Assembly: GCA_041649175.1 (NCBI GenBank)
Contig: JBAZNR010000001.1
Coordinates: forward strand, 975,497 to 1,039,496
Direction of reading: 5' to 3'
Origin: Candidatus Omnitrophota bacterium
GTDB lineage: Bacteria; Omnitrophota; Gorgyraeia; Zapsychrales; JBAZNR01
DNA length: 64,000 nucleotides
Within the stretch, counting starts at the first letter, position 1; every line of letters starts with the position of its first letter. Position numbers and translations under genes: made by a program. Shown piece after piece: positions 37,687-47,434 of the stretch. The notes beneath the pieces were generated by a model. It had not been told where the DNA came from and made no database searches. It saw only the letters and a list, made by a program, of their open reading frames with translations.

Positions 37687-39619
37687 CCTGATCGGTCTTT
37701 TGGTGCGTCTTCTGCCGGTTTCAGCGGCGCTTTTTATCGGGCGCGCGCTGGGCCTTTTGGCGTATTATGTGGACCGAAAGCATAAAGCGCTGGCGTACGG
37801 AAATTTGAAGATCGCGTTCTCGAGAGAGAAGAAGCCCAGCGAGATCAAAAGGATCGTTAAGCAACTTTTTAAGAACTATGCGCAGAACTTTATTGAGCTT
37901 TTAAGGATCCCGCTTCTTAAAAAAGGCGGATTTAAGGATTTTGTGCAAGTTGACGGACGGGAGCATGTCTACGAGGCGTTAAAGAAACAAAAGGGCGTTA
38001 TTTTGCTTGCGATGCATTTTGGCAGTTGGGAACTTTCCAATTTTATGGGTGAAATGCTTGGACATCCTTACCGGGTGCTGGCGAAACCTCAAAATAGATT
38101 TTCCGGGCTCGACCGTTTGCTTAATTCTTACCGCGAATCCAGCGGATCTTCGGTCATCTTAAGAGGTGTCGGAACGCGGGAGATCATTACAAGTTTGCGC
38201 AACAATGAAGTGATCGGTATGGTTGTTGATCAGGGTGGCCGCGATGGCGCTTTAGTTAAATTTTTTGACCGGCAGGCGGCGATGTCGGTGGGGGCTATCC
38301 GCATTGGGTTAAAATTAAAAGTCCCGATCTGTTTTTCTATTATTGTCCGCGAAAAAGGCGCGCAGCATCGCTTGATCATTAATCCTGAGATCGAGCTTAT
38401 AAATACAGGCGATATTGAGAAAGATGTCGCGGCTAATTTAGAAAAGATCGTTAAGTTGATGGAAAGTTATATTAGAAAGTATCCATCGGAATATATGTGG
38501 TTTTATAAAATATGGAAATATTCCAAAGAATCAACAACGATCGTTTTAAGCGACGGCAAGACAGGGCATTTGCGCCAATCGCAAGCGGTGGCAAAGTTGG
38601 TGGACGCGGCGCTGGCCCAGAGAGATATTGTTTCGCAGACACAAATTGTTGAGGTTCGTTTCAAAAATACCTTAGCGGCTAAAATGGCTACACTGTTAGG
38701 AAGCATATCGCATCAGTATTTTTGCCAAGGCCGATTGCGGTATTTAAAATGGTTTTTAACCTATGAATCGTTTCGAAAAATATCCAGCATCAAAGCGGAT
38801 TTTGTTATTTCCTGCGGGTCATCCATAGCCGGAGTTAATTTTCTTTTGTCTTCGGATTGCCGCGCGAAAAATATTTCTATCCTAAAACCGAGCGTTTTAG
38901 ATTTTAAGAAATTCCGCTTGGTCATTTTGCCGGCTCATGACCGCGTTTCTTTAGCGGGAAAAGAGGAAAGTGTTGTCATTACGCAGGGAGCATTGAATCT
39001 CATTGATCGGGATTATCTTAAAGAGCAAATCGATTTGCTTGGCAAACGCTTTAAGGGTCGCTTTGACACGAATAAATTAAGGATTTCTGTTCTCATCGGT
39101 GGTGACAGCAGGAAATATGCGGTCGATGAAGGGCAAGTAAGAATGCTGATCGGTCAATTAAAAGAGGCTTGCGAAAAACTTGATGCCGAAATCCTTTTAA
39201 CGACTTCTCGCCGGACATCAATAGCCGCGGAAAATATCATTAGAAATGAACTGCAAAATTATAACCGTTGCCGATTGCTTATCTTTGCTAAGGAAAATAA
39301 TATTCCCGAGGCCTTGGGTGGGATGGTCGGCTTATCTGATATTGTCATTACCTCCGGTGACAGCATTTCGATGGTTTCGGAAGCGGCGAGTTCGGGAAAA
39401 AATGTTATCGTTTTTCCAGCGCGTAAAAAGCCGGGTTTGTTGATGGGAAAAAGCCGCCATGACTATTTTGTTGAGAATTTAAGCGACCAGGGATATATCG
39501 TTTTATCTGATGAGAAGAATATCGGCCGGGTCATTACAGACATGGCGAAGGGAAAATTAAAAACAAAAATCTTAGATGAGCGTCGTGTTGTTTTTGAGGT
39601 AATTAAAAAAATCATATGA
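37646..39619 (+). CDS. Fusion protein: an N-terminal LpxL/HtrB-family lipid A late acyltransferase (~290 aa) joined to a C-terminal ELM1/DUF1022-like GT-B-fold domain (~360 aa)
   Basis: N-terminal half has the HFGSWE acyltransferase motif and LpxL-like topology. C-terminal half begins LSDGKTGHLRQSQAVAKLV and contains TTSRRTS, resembling the DGKxGHxxQ...SRRTP signature of ELM1-family proteins. Overlaps lpxK by 41 nt. Confidence 0.65.
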   Translation: MKLFLESLLCAFVSLIGLLVRLLPVSAALFIGRALGLLAYYVDRKHKALAYGNLKIAFSREKKPSEIKRIVKQLFKNYAQNFIELLRIPLLKKGGFKDFVQVDGREHVYEALKKQKGVILLAMHFGSWELSNFMGEMLGHPYRVLAKPQNRFSGLDRLLNSYRESSGSSVILRGVGTREIITSLRNNEVIGMVVDQGGRDGALVKFFDRQAAMSVGAIRIGLKLKVPICFSIIVREKGAQHRLIINPEIELINTGDIEKDVAANLEKIVKLMESYIRKYPSEYMWFYKIWKYSKESTTIVLSDGKTGHLRQSQAVAKLVDAALAQRDIVSQTQIVEVRFKNTLAAKMATLLGSISHQYFCQGRLRYLKWFLTYESFRKISSIKADFVISCGSSIAGVNFLLSSDCRAKNISILKPSVLDFKKFRLVILPAHDRVSLAGKEESVVITQGALNLIDRDYLKEQIDLLGKRFKGRFDTNKLRISVLIGGDSRKYAVDEGQVRMLIGQLKEACEKLDAEILLTTSRRTSIAAENIIRNELQNYNRCRLLIFAKENNIPEALGGMVGLSDIVITSGDSISMVSEAASSGKNVIVFPARKKPGLLMGKSRHDYFVENLSDQGYIVLSDEKNIGRVITDMAKGKLKTKILDERRVVFEVIKKII

Positions 39620-41712
39620 AGATCTTACAAATACTTCCTGAATTGCACGTCGGCGGGGTTGAAACGGGAACCGTTGACCTGGCTAAATACCTTATGCGTA
39701 ATGGCCATGAAGCGGTGGTTGTTTCAAACGGCGGGGAATTAGTTGGCGAACTAGAGAAAGCTGGCGTTAAACATTTTAAATTGCCCGTTCATAAAAAATC
39801 GCTGGCCGCCGCGCTTAAGTCTATCCGCAGTTTAGAAAAAATCATCCGCGATGAAAAAGTAGATATTGTCCACGCCCGTTCGCGCGTTCCGGGTTGGATC
39901 GCCTATTTTGCTTGCCGAAGAACAAAAACCGCTTTTATCACGACGTGTCATGGGTATTATGGAAAACACTTTCTAAGCCGTGTAATGGGCTGGGGGAAAT
40001 TGGTAATCGTTCCCAGTGAGGTGATCGGGCGGCATATGATCGATGATTTTAATGTTCGTCCGGAAAATATCCGGCATATTGCGCGCAGTGTTGATCTTGA
40101 AAGATTCAGCATTTCTCGCGTGGAGAAAAAACCATCGGATGAAAAGATCATTGCGATCATCGGGCGTTTAACGCCGCTTAAAGGGCATCCTTATTTCTTA
40201 AAATCCATGGCCAAAGTTATTCGCATGGTTCCTAATGTGAAAATTTGGGTTATTGGCGATGCCCCGGCTAAAAAAGAAACCTATAAAGAAGAATTGCAGA
40301 TCTTGGTCAAACGCTTAGGCATTGCCGACAGGGTTGAATTTTTGGGTAATCGGCGGGATATTCCTCAGCTTTTATCTCGGACGGATGTTCTGGTCCTATC
40401 GACGATAACCCAAGAAGCGTTTGGCAGAGTAATTTTAGAGGCTCAGGCGGCCGGTGTTCCGGTCGTGGCAACGAAGGTTGGCGGAGTTGTTGAGATCATC
40501 GATAACGAAAAAACCGGGCTTTTGGTTTTACCTAAGGACCCGGATGAAATGGCGCAGGCAGTTGTTCGTATTTTAAGAGATCAGAAATTAGCCGAATCGC
40601 TGGTAGAGGCTTCCCAAAAAAAGATCCAGGAAAAATTCACGCTTGAGCATATGGCCTCCCAGACGATCAAGACTTACGAAGAACTGCTAAATCTTATGAA
40701 TATTTTGGTGATCAAAATTAGTTCTCTGGGGGATATTGTTTTAATAACAGCTTCTTTGAAGGCCTTACGAAAGAAATTTCCATCGGCAAAGATCTATTGC
40801 CTGGTTGGCGAAGAATCAAAAGAGGTTTTGCAGCATTGTCCGCTGGTCGATGGGCTGATCGTTTTTGATCACAAGGGTTATTATAAAGGATGGCGGGGCT
40901 TAATCAAATTTTCCGCGCGGCTACGCCAATACCGGTTTGATAAGATCATCGATTTTCAAAACAATCGTAAGAGCCATTTACTTTCTTTCTTGAGCTTTCC
41001 GCTGGAAAGCTGCGGATACGACAATGGAAAATGGGGCTTTCTTCTCTCTGATAAGATCAAAGATGACGGCGGATTTATGCCTCCGGTCAACCATCAATTT
41101 CAAATATTAAAAATGCTTGATATTGAACTAAAAGGAAAAACTCGTTTAGAGCTTTGGCCGTCTTCAAAAGACGAACAGCATGTTAAAAACCTGCTTGAGT
41201 CGGAATGGCTAGCTGACCATCAAGACATTGTCGGGATCAATATTGCCGCTTCTAAAAAATGGGCGACAAAGAATTGGCCGGTTTCACATATGGCTCGTTT
41301 ATGCGATATTTTAACAGCCAAGGGTATGCGGGTTATTGTAACAGGAATGGAGAAAGATAAAGAAAAAGCACAAGAATTGCAAGCGTTGGCAAAAACAAAA
41401 CCGGCCATTTTTGTCGGCAAGACAGACATTTTGCAATTGGCGGCTTTGGTCAGGCGTTGCCGGGTTTTTGTCACCGCTGATTCGGCGCCGTTGCATGTTG
41501 CCGCCGCGATGAATGTGCCGTTTGTAGCGCTTTTTGGCCCAACGGAATCCCTGCGCCATATCCCTCCGGCGGAGAAGTTTTCGGTGATCAAAAAAAGTTT
41601 GCCGTGTTCGCCGTGCTATAGTTCGACATGCCGTATCCGTAGCCATGATTGCATGAACCAGATCACTCCGGAAGAAGTTGCCGCGGAGATCTTTAAGCTT
41701 TTGGAAAATTAA
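39616..41712 (+). CDS. Fusion protein: N-terminal GT4 (RfaG-like) glycosyltransferase joined to a C-terminal GT9 heptosyltransferase-like domain
   Basis: N-terminal half MKILQILPELHVGGVETGTVDLAKYL with E..E GT4 C-domain (ILEAQAAGVPVVATKVGG). C-terminal half MNILVIKISSLGDIVLITASLKAL...SAPLHVAAAMNVPFVALFGPT is typical of ADP-heptose:LPS heptosyltransferases. Confidence 0.75.
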   Translation: MKILQILPELHVGGVETGTVDLAKYLMRNGHEAVVVSNGGELVGELEKAGVKHFKLPVHKKSLAAALKSIRSLEKIIRDEKVDIVHARSRVPGWIAYFACRRTKTAFITTCHGYYGKHFLSRVMGWGKLVIVPSEVIGRHMIDDFNVRPENIRHIARSVDLERFSISRVEKKPSDEKIIAIIGRLTPLKGHPYFLKSMAKVIRMVPNVKIWVIGDAPAKKETYKEELQILVKRLGIADRVEFLGNRRDIPQLLSRTDVLVLSTITQEAFGRVILEAQAAGVPVVATKVGGVVEIIDNEKTGLLVLPKDPDEMAQAVVRILRDQKLAESLVEASQKKIQEKFTLEHMASQTIKTYEELLNLMNILVIKISSLGDIVLITASLKALRKKFPSAKIYCLVGEESKEVLQHCPLVDGLIVFDHKGYYKGWRGLIKFSARLRQYRFDKIIDFQNNRKSHLLSFLSFPLESCGYDNGKWGFLLSDKIKDDGGFMPPVNHQFQILKMLDIELKGKTRLELWPSSKDEQHVKNLLESEWLADHQDIVGINIAASKKWATKNWPVSHMARLCDILTAKGMRVIVTGMEKDKEKAQELQALAKTKPAIFVGKTDILQLAALVRRCRVFVTADSAPLHVAAAMNVPFVALFGPTESLRHIPPAEKFSVIKKSLPCSPCYSSTCRIRSHDCMNQITPEEVAAEIFKLLEN

Positions 41713-41714
41713 TT

Positions 41715-42818
41715 ATGAATGTCCTTATTTTATCGAAACATCTTAATGCCGGCGGAATAACACGCTACATCATGACCTTGACAAAAGGGTTGAAGCAAAA
41801 AGGGCATAATGTTTTTGTAGCGACCAGCGGTGGAGATCTAGTGGACGATCTTATTCTTTGTGGCGCCAAGCACATTTTTTGTAATATCAATACGAAATCC
41901 GAACTTTCACCAAAGGTTTATTTTGCCTTAGGTAAACTTGCAAAACTTATTCGGAAAGAAAATATTGATGTCATTCATACCCAAACGCGCGTAACGCAAG
42001 TGATGGGTGAGTTGCTGAGTAAATTGACGAAGAAGCCGCATATTTCAACCTGTCATGGTTTTTTTAAAAAACGTTTATCGCGTAAATTATTTCCGTGTTG
42101 GGGGCGAGCTGTTGTCGCTATCAGCGAAGCGGTTAAAACACATTTGATCCATGATTTTAATGTGCCCGAAGAAAAAGTTTTTTTGATCCATCATGGATTA
42201 GATCTCGATGAATTTGCTCCTATTGATGAAGCGGTGCGTCAGGCAAAACGGCAGGAACTTCATTTAGGCCAGGGGCCTGTTATCGGCAATATCGCCCGCC
42301 TTGTCGATGTAAAAGGACACGATACATTAATTTCGGCGATGACGCAGGTAGTTCAGAAGATCCCTCAAGCCCGGCTTCTTATTGTGGGGCAGGGCCCTAA
42401 AGAAAATGTACTCAGAAAAATGGTGATCCATTTAAAGTTGGAAAATCATGTTTATTTTTATCCGGTGGTCAATAAGACGGCGGATATCTTGCCGGTCTTT
42501 GATATTTTTGTCATGCCGTCCACCCAGGAAGGTTTCGGCCTTTCGGCGATGGAGGCTCAAGCGGTTGGATTGCCGGTCATTGCATCCGACGTGGGAGGGC
42601 TGCCGACCTTGATCGAACACGGAAAAACAGGATTTCTTGTCCCGCCCGGCGATGCTAATGCATTAGCAGCTATGCTTTTTGATCTGGTCGCTGATATGGC
42701 TAAAACACGAGAAGTTGGATTAGCCGCGCGCAAGAATGTTGAAAATAAATTCTCTCAAAGAGCCATGGTCGAGCATACATGCCAAATTTATGAAAATCTG
42801 ATCTATGGAAGAAAATAA
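41715..42818 (+). CDS. GT4-family glycosyltransferase (core oligosaccharide)
   Basis: MNVLILSKHLNAGGITRYIMTL and E..E motif region AMEAQAVGLPVIASDVGG. Confidence 0.75.
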   Translation: MNVLILSKHLNAGGITRYIMTLTKGLKQKGHNVFVATSGGDLVDDLILCGAKHIFCNINTKSELSPKVYFALGKLAKLIRKENIDVIHTQTRVTQVMGELLSKLTKKPHISTCHGFFKKRLSRKLFPCWGRAVVAISEAVKTHLIHDFNVPEEKVFLIHHGLDLDEFAPIDEAVRQAKRQELHLGQGPVIGNIARLVDVKGHDTLISAMTQVVQKIPQARLLIVGQGPKENVLRKMVIHLKLENHVYFYPVVNKTADILPVFDIFVMPSTQEGFGLSAMEAQAVGLPVIASDVGGLPTLIEHGKTGFLVPPGDANALAAMLFDLVADMAKTREVGLAARKNVENKFSQRAMVEHTCQIYENLIYGRK

Positions 42819-43836
42819 AGCGGTAAGAAATATTCTTGTGGTTAACGTCAACTGGGTGGGGGATGTGATATTCTCCATCCCTGTTTTTAAAGCCTTAAAG
42901 AAAACCTATCCGCAAGCGCGCATTGCGTGTTTAGCTCCGTCTCGGGTGAAAGAAATTCTTGAAAACCATTTTTGCATCGATGACATTATTCCTTTTGATG
43001 AGAAAGGCCGGCATCAAAGTTTTTGGAGTAAGCTTGTTTTGATCTTTGAGTTAAGAAAAAGAAAATTTGATATCGCTTTCTTGCTGCATCGGTCGCTCAC
43101 CAGAGCATTGTTAGTTTATTTAGCCGGAATTCCAACTCGCGTCGGATATGACGCAAAAAACAGAGGCTTTCTTTTGACGCATTGTGTTAAGCCGTTGCCG
43201 GGAGTTGTCCATCGCTTAGATCATTACTTGAATGTTATTGAATCCTTTGGCATTCCCGCTCTAGACAGAACATATGATCTACAAATCTCAAGTGCTGACA
43301 ATGCGTTTGCCGAAGATCTGTTAAGACGCTTAGAGATTAGGCGCGGTGATTTTACGGTGATCATTAACCCTGGCGGCAACTGGGACCTTAAGCGTTGGCC
43401 CAAAGAGAAATTCTCCGCTCTTATCGATCGATTATCGTCTGAGCTTCGGGCAAAAGTTATCATGGCCGGCGCGCCCAAAGATGTTGATCTTGTTAACGAT
43501 ATTGTGCGGCAAGCAAAACAAAAGCCGTTTATTTTAACCGGGCAAACGACTTTAAAGCAATTATCAGCTTTAATGAGCAAAGTTTCTTTAGTGGTTTCGG
43601 CGGACAGCGGTCCGATGCATTTGGCCGCAAGCGTGAAGACGAAGGTCATTGGACTTTTTGGCCCCACGCGGCCGGAAATAACCGGCCCGCGAGGAAAAGG
43701 GCAGGCAGCGATCATTCAAAACGATGTCGCCTGCAACCGGTCTTCTTGTTATTACCTGGAATGCCCGGATAATATTTGCATGAAGTCAATTAGCGTTGAT
43801 CAGGTGATGGATGAAATTCGAAAAATCAGAAATTAA
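42805..43836 (+). CDS. GT9-family LPS heptosyltransferase
   Basis: ILVVNVNWVGDVIFSIPVFKAL...ADSGPMHLAASVKTKVIGLFGPT. Confidence 0.75.
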   Translation: MEENKAVRNILVVNVNWVGDVIFSIPVFKALKKTYPQARIACLAPSRVKEILENHFCIDDIIPFDEKGRHQSFWSKLVLIFELRKRKFDIAFLLHRSLTRALLVYLAGIPTRVGYDAKNRGFLLTHCVKPLPGVVHRLDHYLNVIESFGIPALDRTYDLQISSADNAFAEDLLRRLEIRRGDFTVIINPGGNWDLKRWPKEKFSALIDRLSSELRAKVIMAGAPKDVDLVNDIVRQAKQKPFILTGQTTLKQLSALMSKVSLVVSADSGPMHLAASVKTKVIGLFGPTRPEITGPRGKGQAAIIQNDVACNRSSCYYLECPDNICMKSISVDQVMDEIRKIRN

Positions 43837-44794
43837 GAAGATCTTAGTTATTTCTCTTAGCAATATCGGAGATGTTATTTTGACATTTCCGGTTTTGGAT
43901 ATTTTGAAGGAACATTTTCCCTCTGCCCAGCTTCATGTTGTTGTCGGCCCCAAGGCTGAACCACTTTTAGTTGGTAATCCACATTTTTCCGGCATCCACA
44001 TTTTTAAAAAACACGATTCCGTTATGAGTAAGATCAAATGGGTTTGGAAACTGCGCGGTGAGAATTTTGACCTGGCGGTCGATTTGCGCAATACAGCCAT
44101 TCCGTTTCTGATCGGCGCACGGTATCGAACGCCTTTAAACTTTTCTCGCAATGAAATTCTTCATAAAAAACAATCTCACCTTAATCGTCTTAGGTCCGTA
44201 TTCTCTTTTTCTAGTGAAGCTGAGAAGCGACACGCCCTTTTTATCGCTGAGGCCGAAGATAAATTTGCGCGGGATGTCCTTTCTTTGTCCTCTTGTCCGA
44301 AAGAAAAAAATGTTATTGTCAGCCCGGGCGCGGCTAATCATAATAAACGTTGGACCAAGGAAGGGTTCGCTGAAGTTTGCGACCAGCTCATTGAAAAGCA
44401 TCGCATGAGGGTCATTTTTGTCGGCGATGATTCGGATAGAAGTTTTGCGCAAGAGATCGCCGCCATCATGAAAAACCCGTCGCTTCTTTTGTGCGGAAAA
44501 ACAACATTGCGTCAGTTGGCGGCGGTTTTAAGCCAAGCGCGGTTCATTATTGCCAATGATAGCGGGGTTATGCACTTGGCGAGTTATTTAGATATCCCGA
44601 CGGTTGCTATTTTTGGGCCCACAGATCCGGCGAAATACGGGCCGTGGAGTTCCCAACATCATGTTGTTAAGCCGTCATCTTTTCTTCCTCTTGATAAAAA
44701 GTCCGATTCAACGGACAACCAGCAGGTCATGCGTTGTGTCAAAGCAGATGAAGTTTTTAAAAAGGCTGAAGCAATTCTTACCAACACTGTATAA
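43811..44794 (+). CDS. GT9-family LPS heptosyltransferase
   Basis: KILVISLSNIGDVILTFPVLDIL...NDSGVMHLASYLDIPTVAIFGPT. Confidence 0.75.
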   Translation: MKFEKSEIKKILVISLSNIGDVILTFPVLDILKEHFPSAQLHVVVGPKAEPLLVGNPHFSGIHIFKKHDSVMSKIKWVWKLRGENFDLAVDLRNTAIPFLIGARYRTPLNFSRNEILHKKQSHLNRLRSVFSFSSEAEKRHALFIAEAEDKFARDVLSLSSCPKEKNVIVSPGAANHNKRWTKEGFAEVCDQLIEKHRMRVIFVGDDSDRSFAQEIAAIMKNPSLLLCGKTTLRQLAAVLSQARFIIANDSGVMHLASYLDIPTVAIFGPTDPAKYGPWSSQHHVVKPSSFLPLDKKSDSTDNQQVMRCVKADEVFKKAEAILTNTV

Positions 44795-44806
44795 AGGAAC
44801 TTTTTT

Positions 44807-45280
44807 ATGAGCGAGTTCGAGGAAAAGAGAAAGTTTGACCGCTATGAAACGGAAATAAAGATCTTTTTTCAAGTGACCTATGATCTGGCAACGTTAGTCC
44901 GGTATCAGGTTGTTGATCAAAAAAGCGAGAACAGGCCGGCTGAAAAATATTCGGCGCTCAGCAAAAATGTCAGCGTCGAGGGATTATGTTTTACCAGCGA
45001 CCGAAGCTTGGACAAGGGCGTCTTCTTGGATATCGAAGTCTATTTGCCCGGACAAAAAGACCCTGTCCCTATGCAAGGAGAAGTGCGTTGGTCGCGTCCC
45101 TTTGTTAACGCCAAAAATGAAACCGTGTTTGATACAGGCGTTAAGATCGTTGTGGTGGATGGAAAGCCTGTGACGGAAACAGTTTTTTACGACTCGGCGA
45201 ATAAGATCATGTGGAGCCTTGTCCTTGAATCTATTTTCGGGAATTTTAAGACTTTAATAGAGAAAATAAAGAAATCTTAA
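44807..45280 (+). CDS. PilZ-domain protein (putative c-di-GMP receptor), 157 aa
   Basis: RKFDRYE (RxxxR) near the N-terminus and NVSVEGLCF (D/N-x-S-x-x-G) downstream, followed by a beta-barrel-like C-terminus. Confidence 0.55.
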   Translation: MSEFEEKRKFDRYETEIKIFFQVTYDLATLVRYQVVDQKSENRPAEKYSALSKNVSVEGLCFTSDRSLDKGVFLDIEVYLPGQKDPVPMQGEVRWSRPFVNAKNETVFDTGVKIVVVDGKPVTETVFYDSANKIMWSLVLESIFGNFKTLIEKIKKS

Positions 45281-45311
45281 GTGCTGTTAGCAGTGTATAG
45301 CGATCTTAGTT

Positions 45312-46346
45312 ATGAAAACCTACCGCAATATCCTTGTTGTGCGCACCGACCGGGTCGGAGACGTTGTATTGACAACTCCGTCCTTGGAGGCCCTGCGTAA
45401 GGCTTTTCCGAGTTCAAAAATTTCCATTTTAGTTGCGCCGCAGACCCGAGAGATCGTTGAAGGAAATCCCCATATTGATGAGATCATTGTCGATGACCGC
45501 AAAGGCCTTCAAAAAGGTTTTTGGAGATTTTGGAAGCTTGTTTTATTTTTGCGCCGGAAGAAATTCGACCTAGCCATCATTTTTCATACAAAAAGACGGA
45601 CCAATTTTTTATGTTTTCATGCCGGAATTCCTCATCGCCTAGGATATAAAAATAAAAAAGGCGGATTTTTGTTAACGCAGGGCGTTGAAGATAAAAGAAT
45701 TGAAGGCACGCGCCATGAGGCTCAGTATTGCCTTGATCTTTTGCGGTTTATCGGTGTTGAACCGGTCGATCTTAAGCTCTCGATTGTCGTGTCGGAGGGA
45801 TCGGTGCGCTGGGCAGATGACTTTTTGAAGAAACAAGGTATTGAAAAAGGTGAGCTGATCGCTATCCATCCCGGGGCAAGTTGTATTTCTAAGCGTTGGC
45901 CGGCACAGAGATTTGCGAATGTGATCGATCAAGTTGTTTCAAAATATGGCGCAAAAGTTGTGCTGGTCGGCGATCAGGATACAAAAAAAATTTCACAAAA
46001 GATTCTTTCTTGCGTTCATTCTTCCGTCATTGACCTAACAGGCCAGACGTCGATCGGCCAGCTTGCTGCATTGTTTAAAAAGTGCCGTCTTTTGATCTCG
46101 AATGATTCCGGGCCGGTTCACGTGGCTTGCGCAGTCGGTTTGCCGGTTATTTCTATTTTTGGCCGTAACCAGGCCGGCTTAAGCCCAACCCGCTGGAAAC
46201 CCTTAGGTCCTAAGGATATTGTTTTACACAAAGAAGTTGGTTGTGAAATTTGTCTTGCGCATAACTGCCGCATTGATTTTGAATGCCTGAAAGCACTTCA
46301 GCCTGGAGACGTTTTGGAAGCTGTTGACGCCCAATTTAAACTGTGA
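45312..46346 (+). CDS. GT9-family LPS heptosyltransferase
   Basis: ILVVRTDRVGDVVLTTPSLEAL...NDSGPVHVACAVGLPVISIFG. Confidence 0.75.
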   Translation: MKTYRNILVVRTDRVGDVVLTTPSLEALRKAFPSSKISILVAPQTREIVEGNPHIDEIIVDDRKGLQKGFWRFWKLVLFLRRKKFDLAIIFHTKRRTNFLCFHAGIPHRLGYKNKKGGFLLTQGVEDKRIEGTRHEAQYCLDLLRFIGVEPVDLKLSIVVSEGSVRWADDFLKKQGIEKGELIAIHPGASCISKRWPAQRFANVIDQVVSKYGAKVVLVGDQDTKKISQKILSCVHSSVIDLTGQTSIGQLAALFKKCRLLISNDSGPVHVACAVGLPVISIFGRNQAGLSPTRWKPLGPKDIVLHKEVGCEICLAHNCRIDFECLKALQPGDVLEAVDAQFKL

Positions 46347-46397
46347 TAGAATTGGCGCTTGAATTTGTTAATCCTGTTTTAAGGAAAAAGTTCTAAC

Positions 46398-47432
46398 ATG
46401 AGCCGTTTCAATAACATAATTACGAAATTTAAAGGGAAAAATATCCTCGTTGTTGGTGATCTTATCTTAGACGAGTATATCCGCGGCAGCGTTTCACGCA
46501 TTTCTCCGGAAGCGCCTGTCCCCATCGTGCTTCAACAGGGAAAATCTGCTTATCAGCCTGGTGGTGCGGCCAATGTCGCCAATAATTTAAGTAGTTTGGG
46601 AGCCAAAGTATCTTTGGTGGGGAAAATTGGCGCAGACGCGCAAGGGCGCGTTCTTTTAAGTGAGCTTAAAAAACAAAAGATAAACACCAAGGGTATTGTA
46701 ACGGATAAAACCGGTGTTACATCACTTAAAACAAGGATCATTGCCCATCATCAGCAAGTTCTTCGGTTAGATAGGGAAAAAGCGGTTGGCCCAGAAAATT
46801 TTCACATCGAAGACAAAATACTAGGATTTATTAAGTCCAATATCAAGCTTTTTGACGCCGTGATCCTTTCCGATTATGGTAAGGGCGTTATTACCTCTAA
46901 TGTCGTCGGGAAAATTTGTTCTTTAGCCATTCAAAAAAAGAAAATTATCACTGTTGACCCCAAGGTTGAACATTTTGGTTTTTATAACGGTGTAACCTCA
47001 ATTACTCCCAATAAAAAAGAAACAGAAAATGCGATTCGTAATATTAAACTGACGCAAAATGCCGGACGGCGCCTGGCGGTCTATAGCGATACATTAAAGA
47101 CGGATGAAGATATTGATCTCGCCGGCCTAGAACTTTTAAAATTTTTAAATCTGCAATCACTATTAATTACGCTTGGCGAACAAGGAATGCGTATTTTTGA
47201 AAGAGGAAAAAAACCCGTTCATATTAATACAAAAGCCAGAGAAGTTTTTGATGTGACTGGTGCCGGGGACACGGTTATTTCGGTTTTTACGCTAAGTTTA
47301 ACCGCGGGCGCCAGCAAATTAGAAGCCGCGCATTTGGCCAATTATGCCGCCGGTATTGTGGTCGGAAAAATGGGTGCCGTTGTTGTTACTAAAGAAGAAT
47401 TACTATCTGCTGTTAAGCATCACGAGGATTAA
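46398..47432 (+). CDS. hldA: D-glycero-beta-D-manno-heptose-7-phosphate kinase (RfaE domain I / HldA; PfkB carbohydrate kinase). Kinase half only.
   Basis: ILVVGDLILDEYIRGSVSRISPEAPVPIV and a C-terminal GAGDT motif. There is no fused adenylyltransferase domain. Confidence 0.75.
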   Translation: MSRFNNIITKFKGKNILVVGDLILDEYIRGSVSRISPEAPVPIVLQQGKSAYQPGGAANVANNLSSLGAKVSLVGKIGADAQGRVLLSELKKQKINTKGIVTDKTGVTSLKTRIIAHHQQVLRLDREKAVGPENFHIEDKILGFIKSNIKLFDAVILSDYGKGVITSNVVGKICSLAIQKKKIITVDPKVEHFGFYNGVTSITPNKKETENAIRNIKLTQNAGRRLAVYSDTLKTDEDIDLAGLELLKFLNLQSLLITLGEQGMRIFERGKKPVHINTKAREVFDVTGAGDTVISVFTLSLTAGASKLEAAHLANYAAGIVVGKMGAVVVTKEELLSAVKHHED

Positions 47433-47434
47433 AA

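Noticed and set aside
41220-41646. Minus-strand ORFs (123 and 111 aa) inside the GT4::GT9 gene
   Set aside because: Shadow ORFs within a GT9 domain that has canonical motifs on the + strand.
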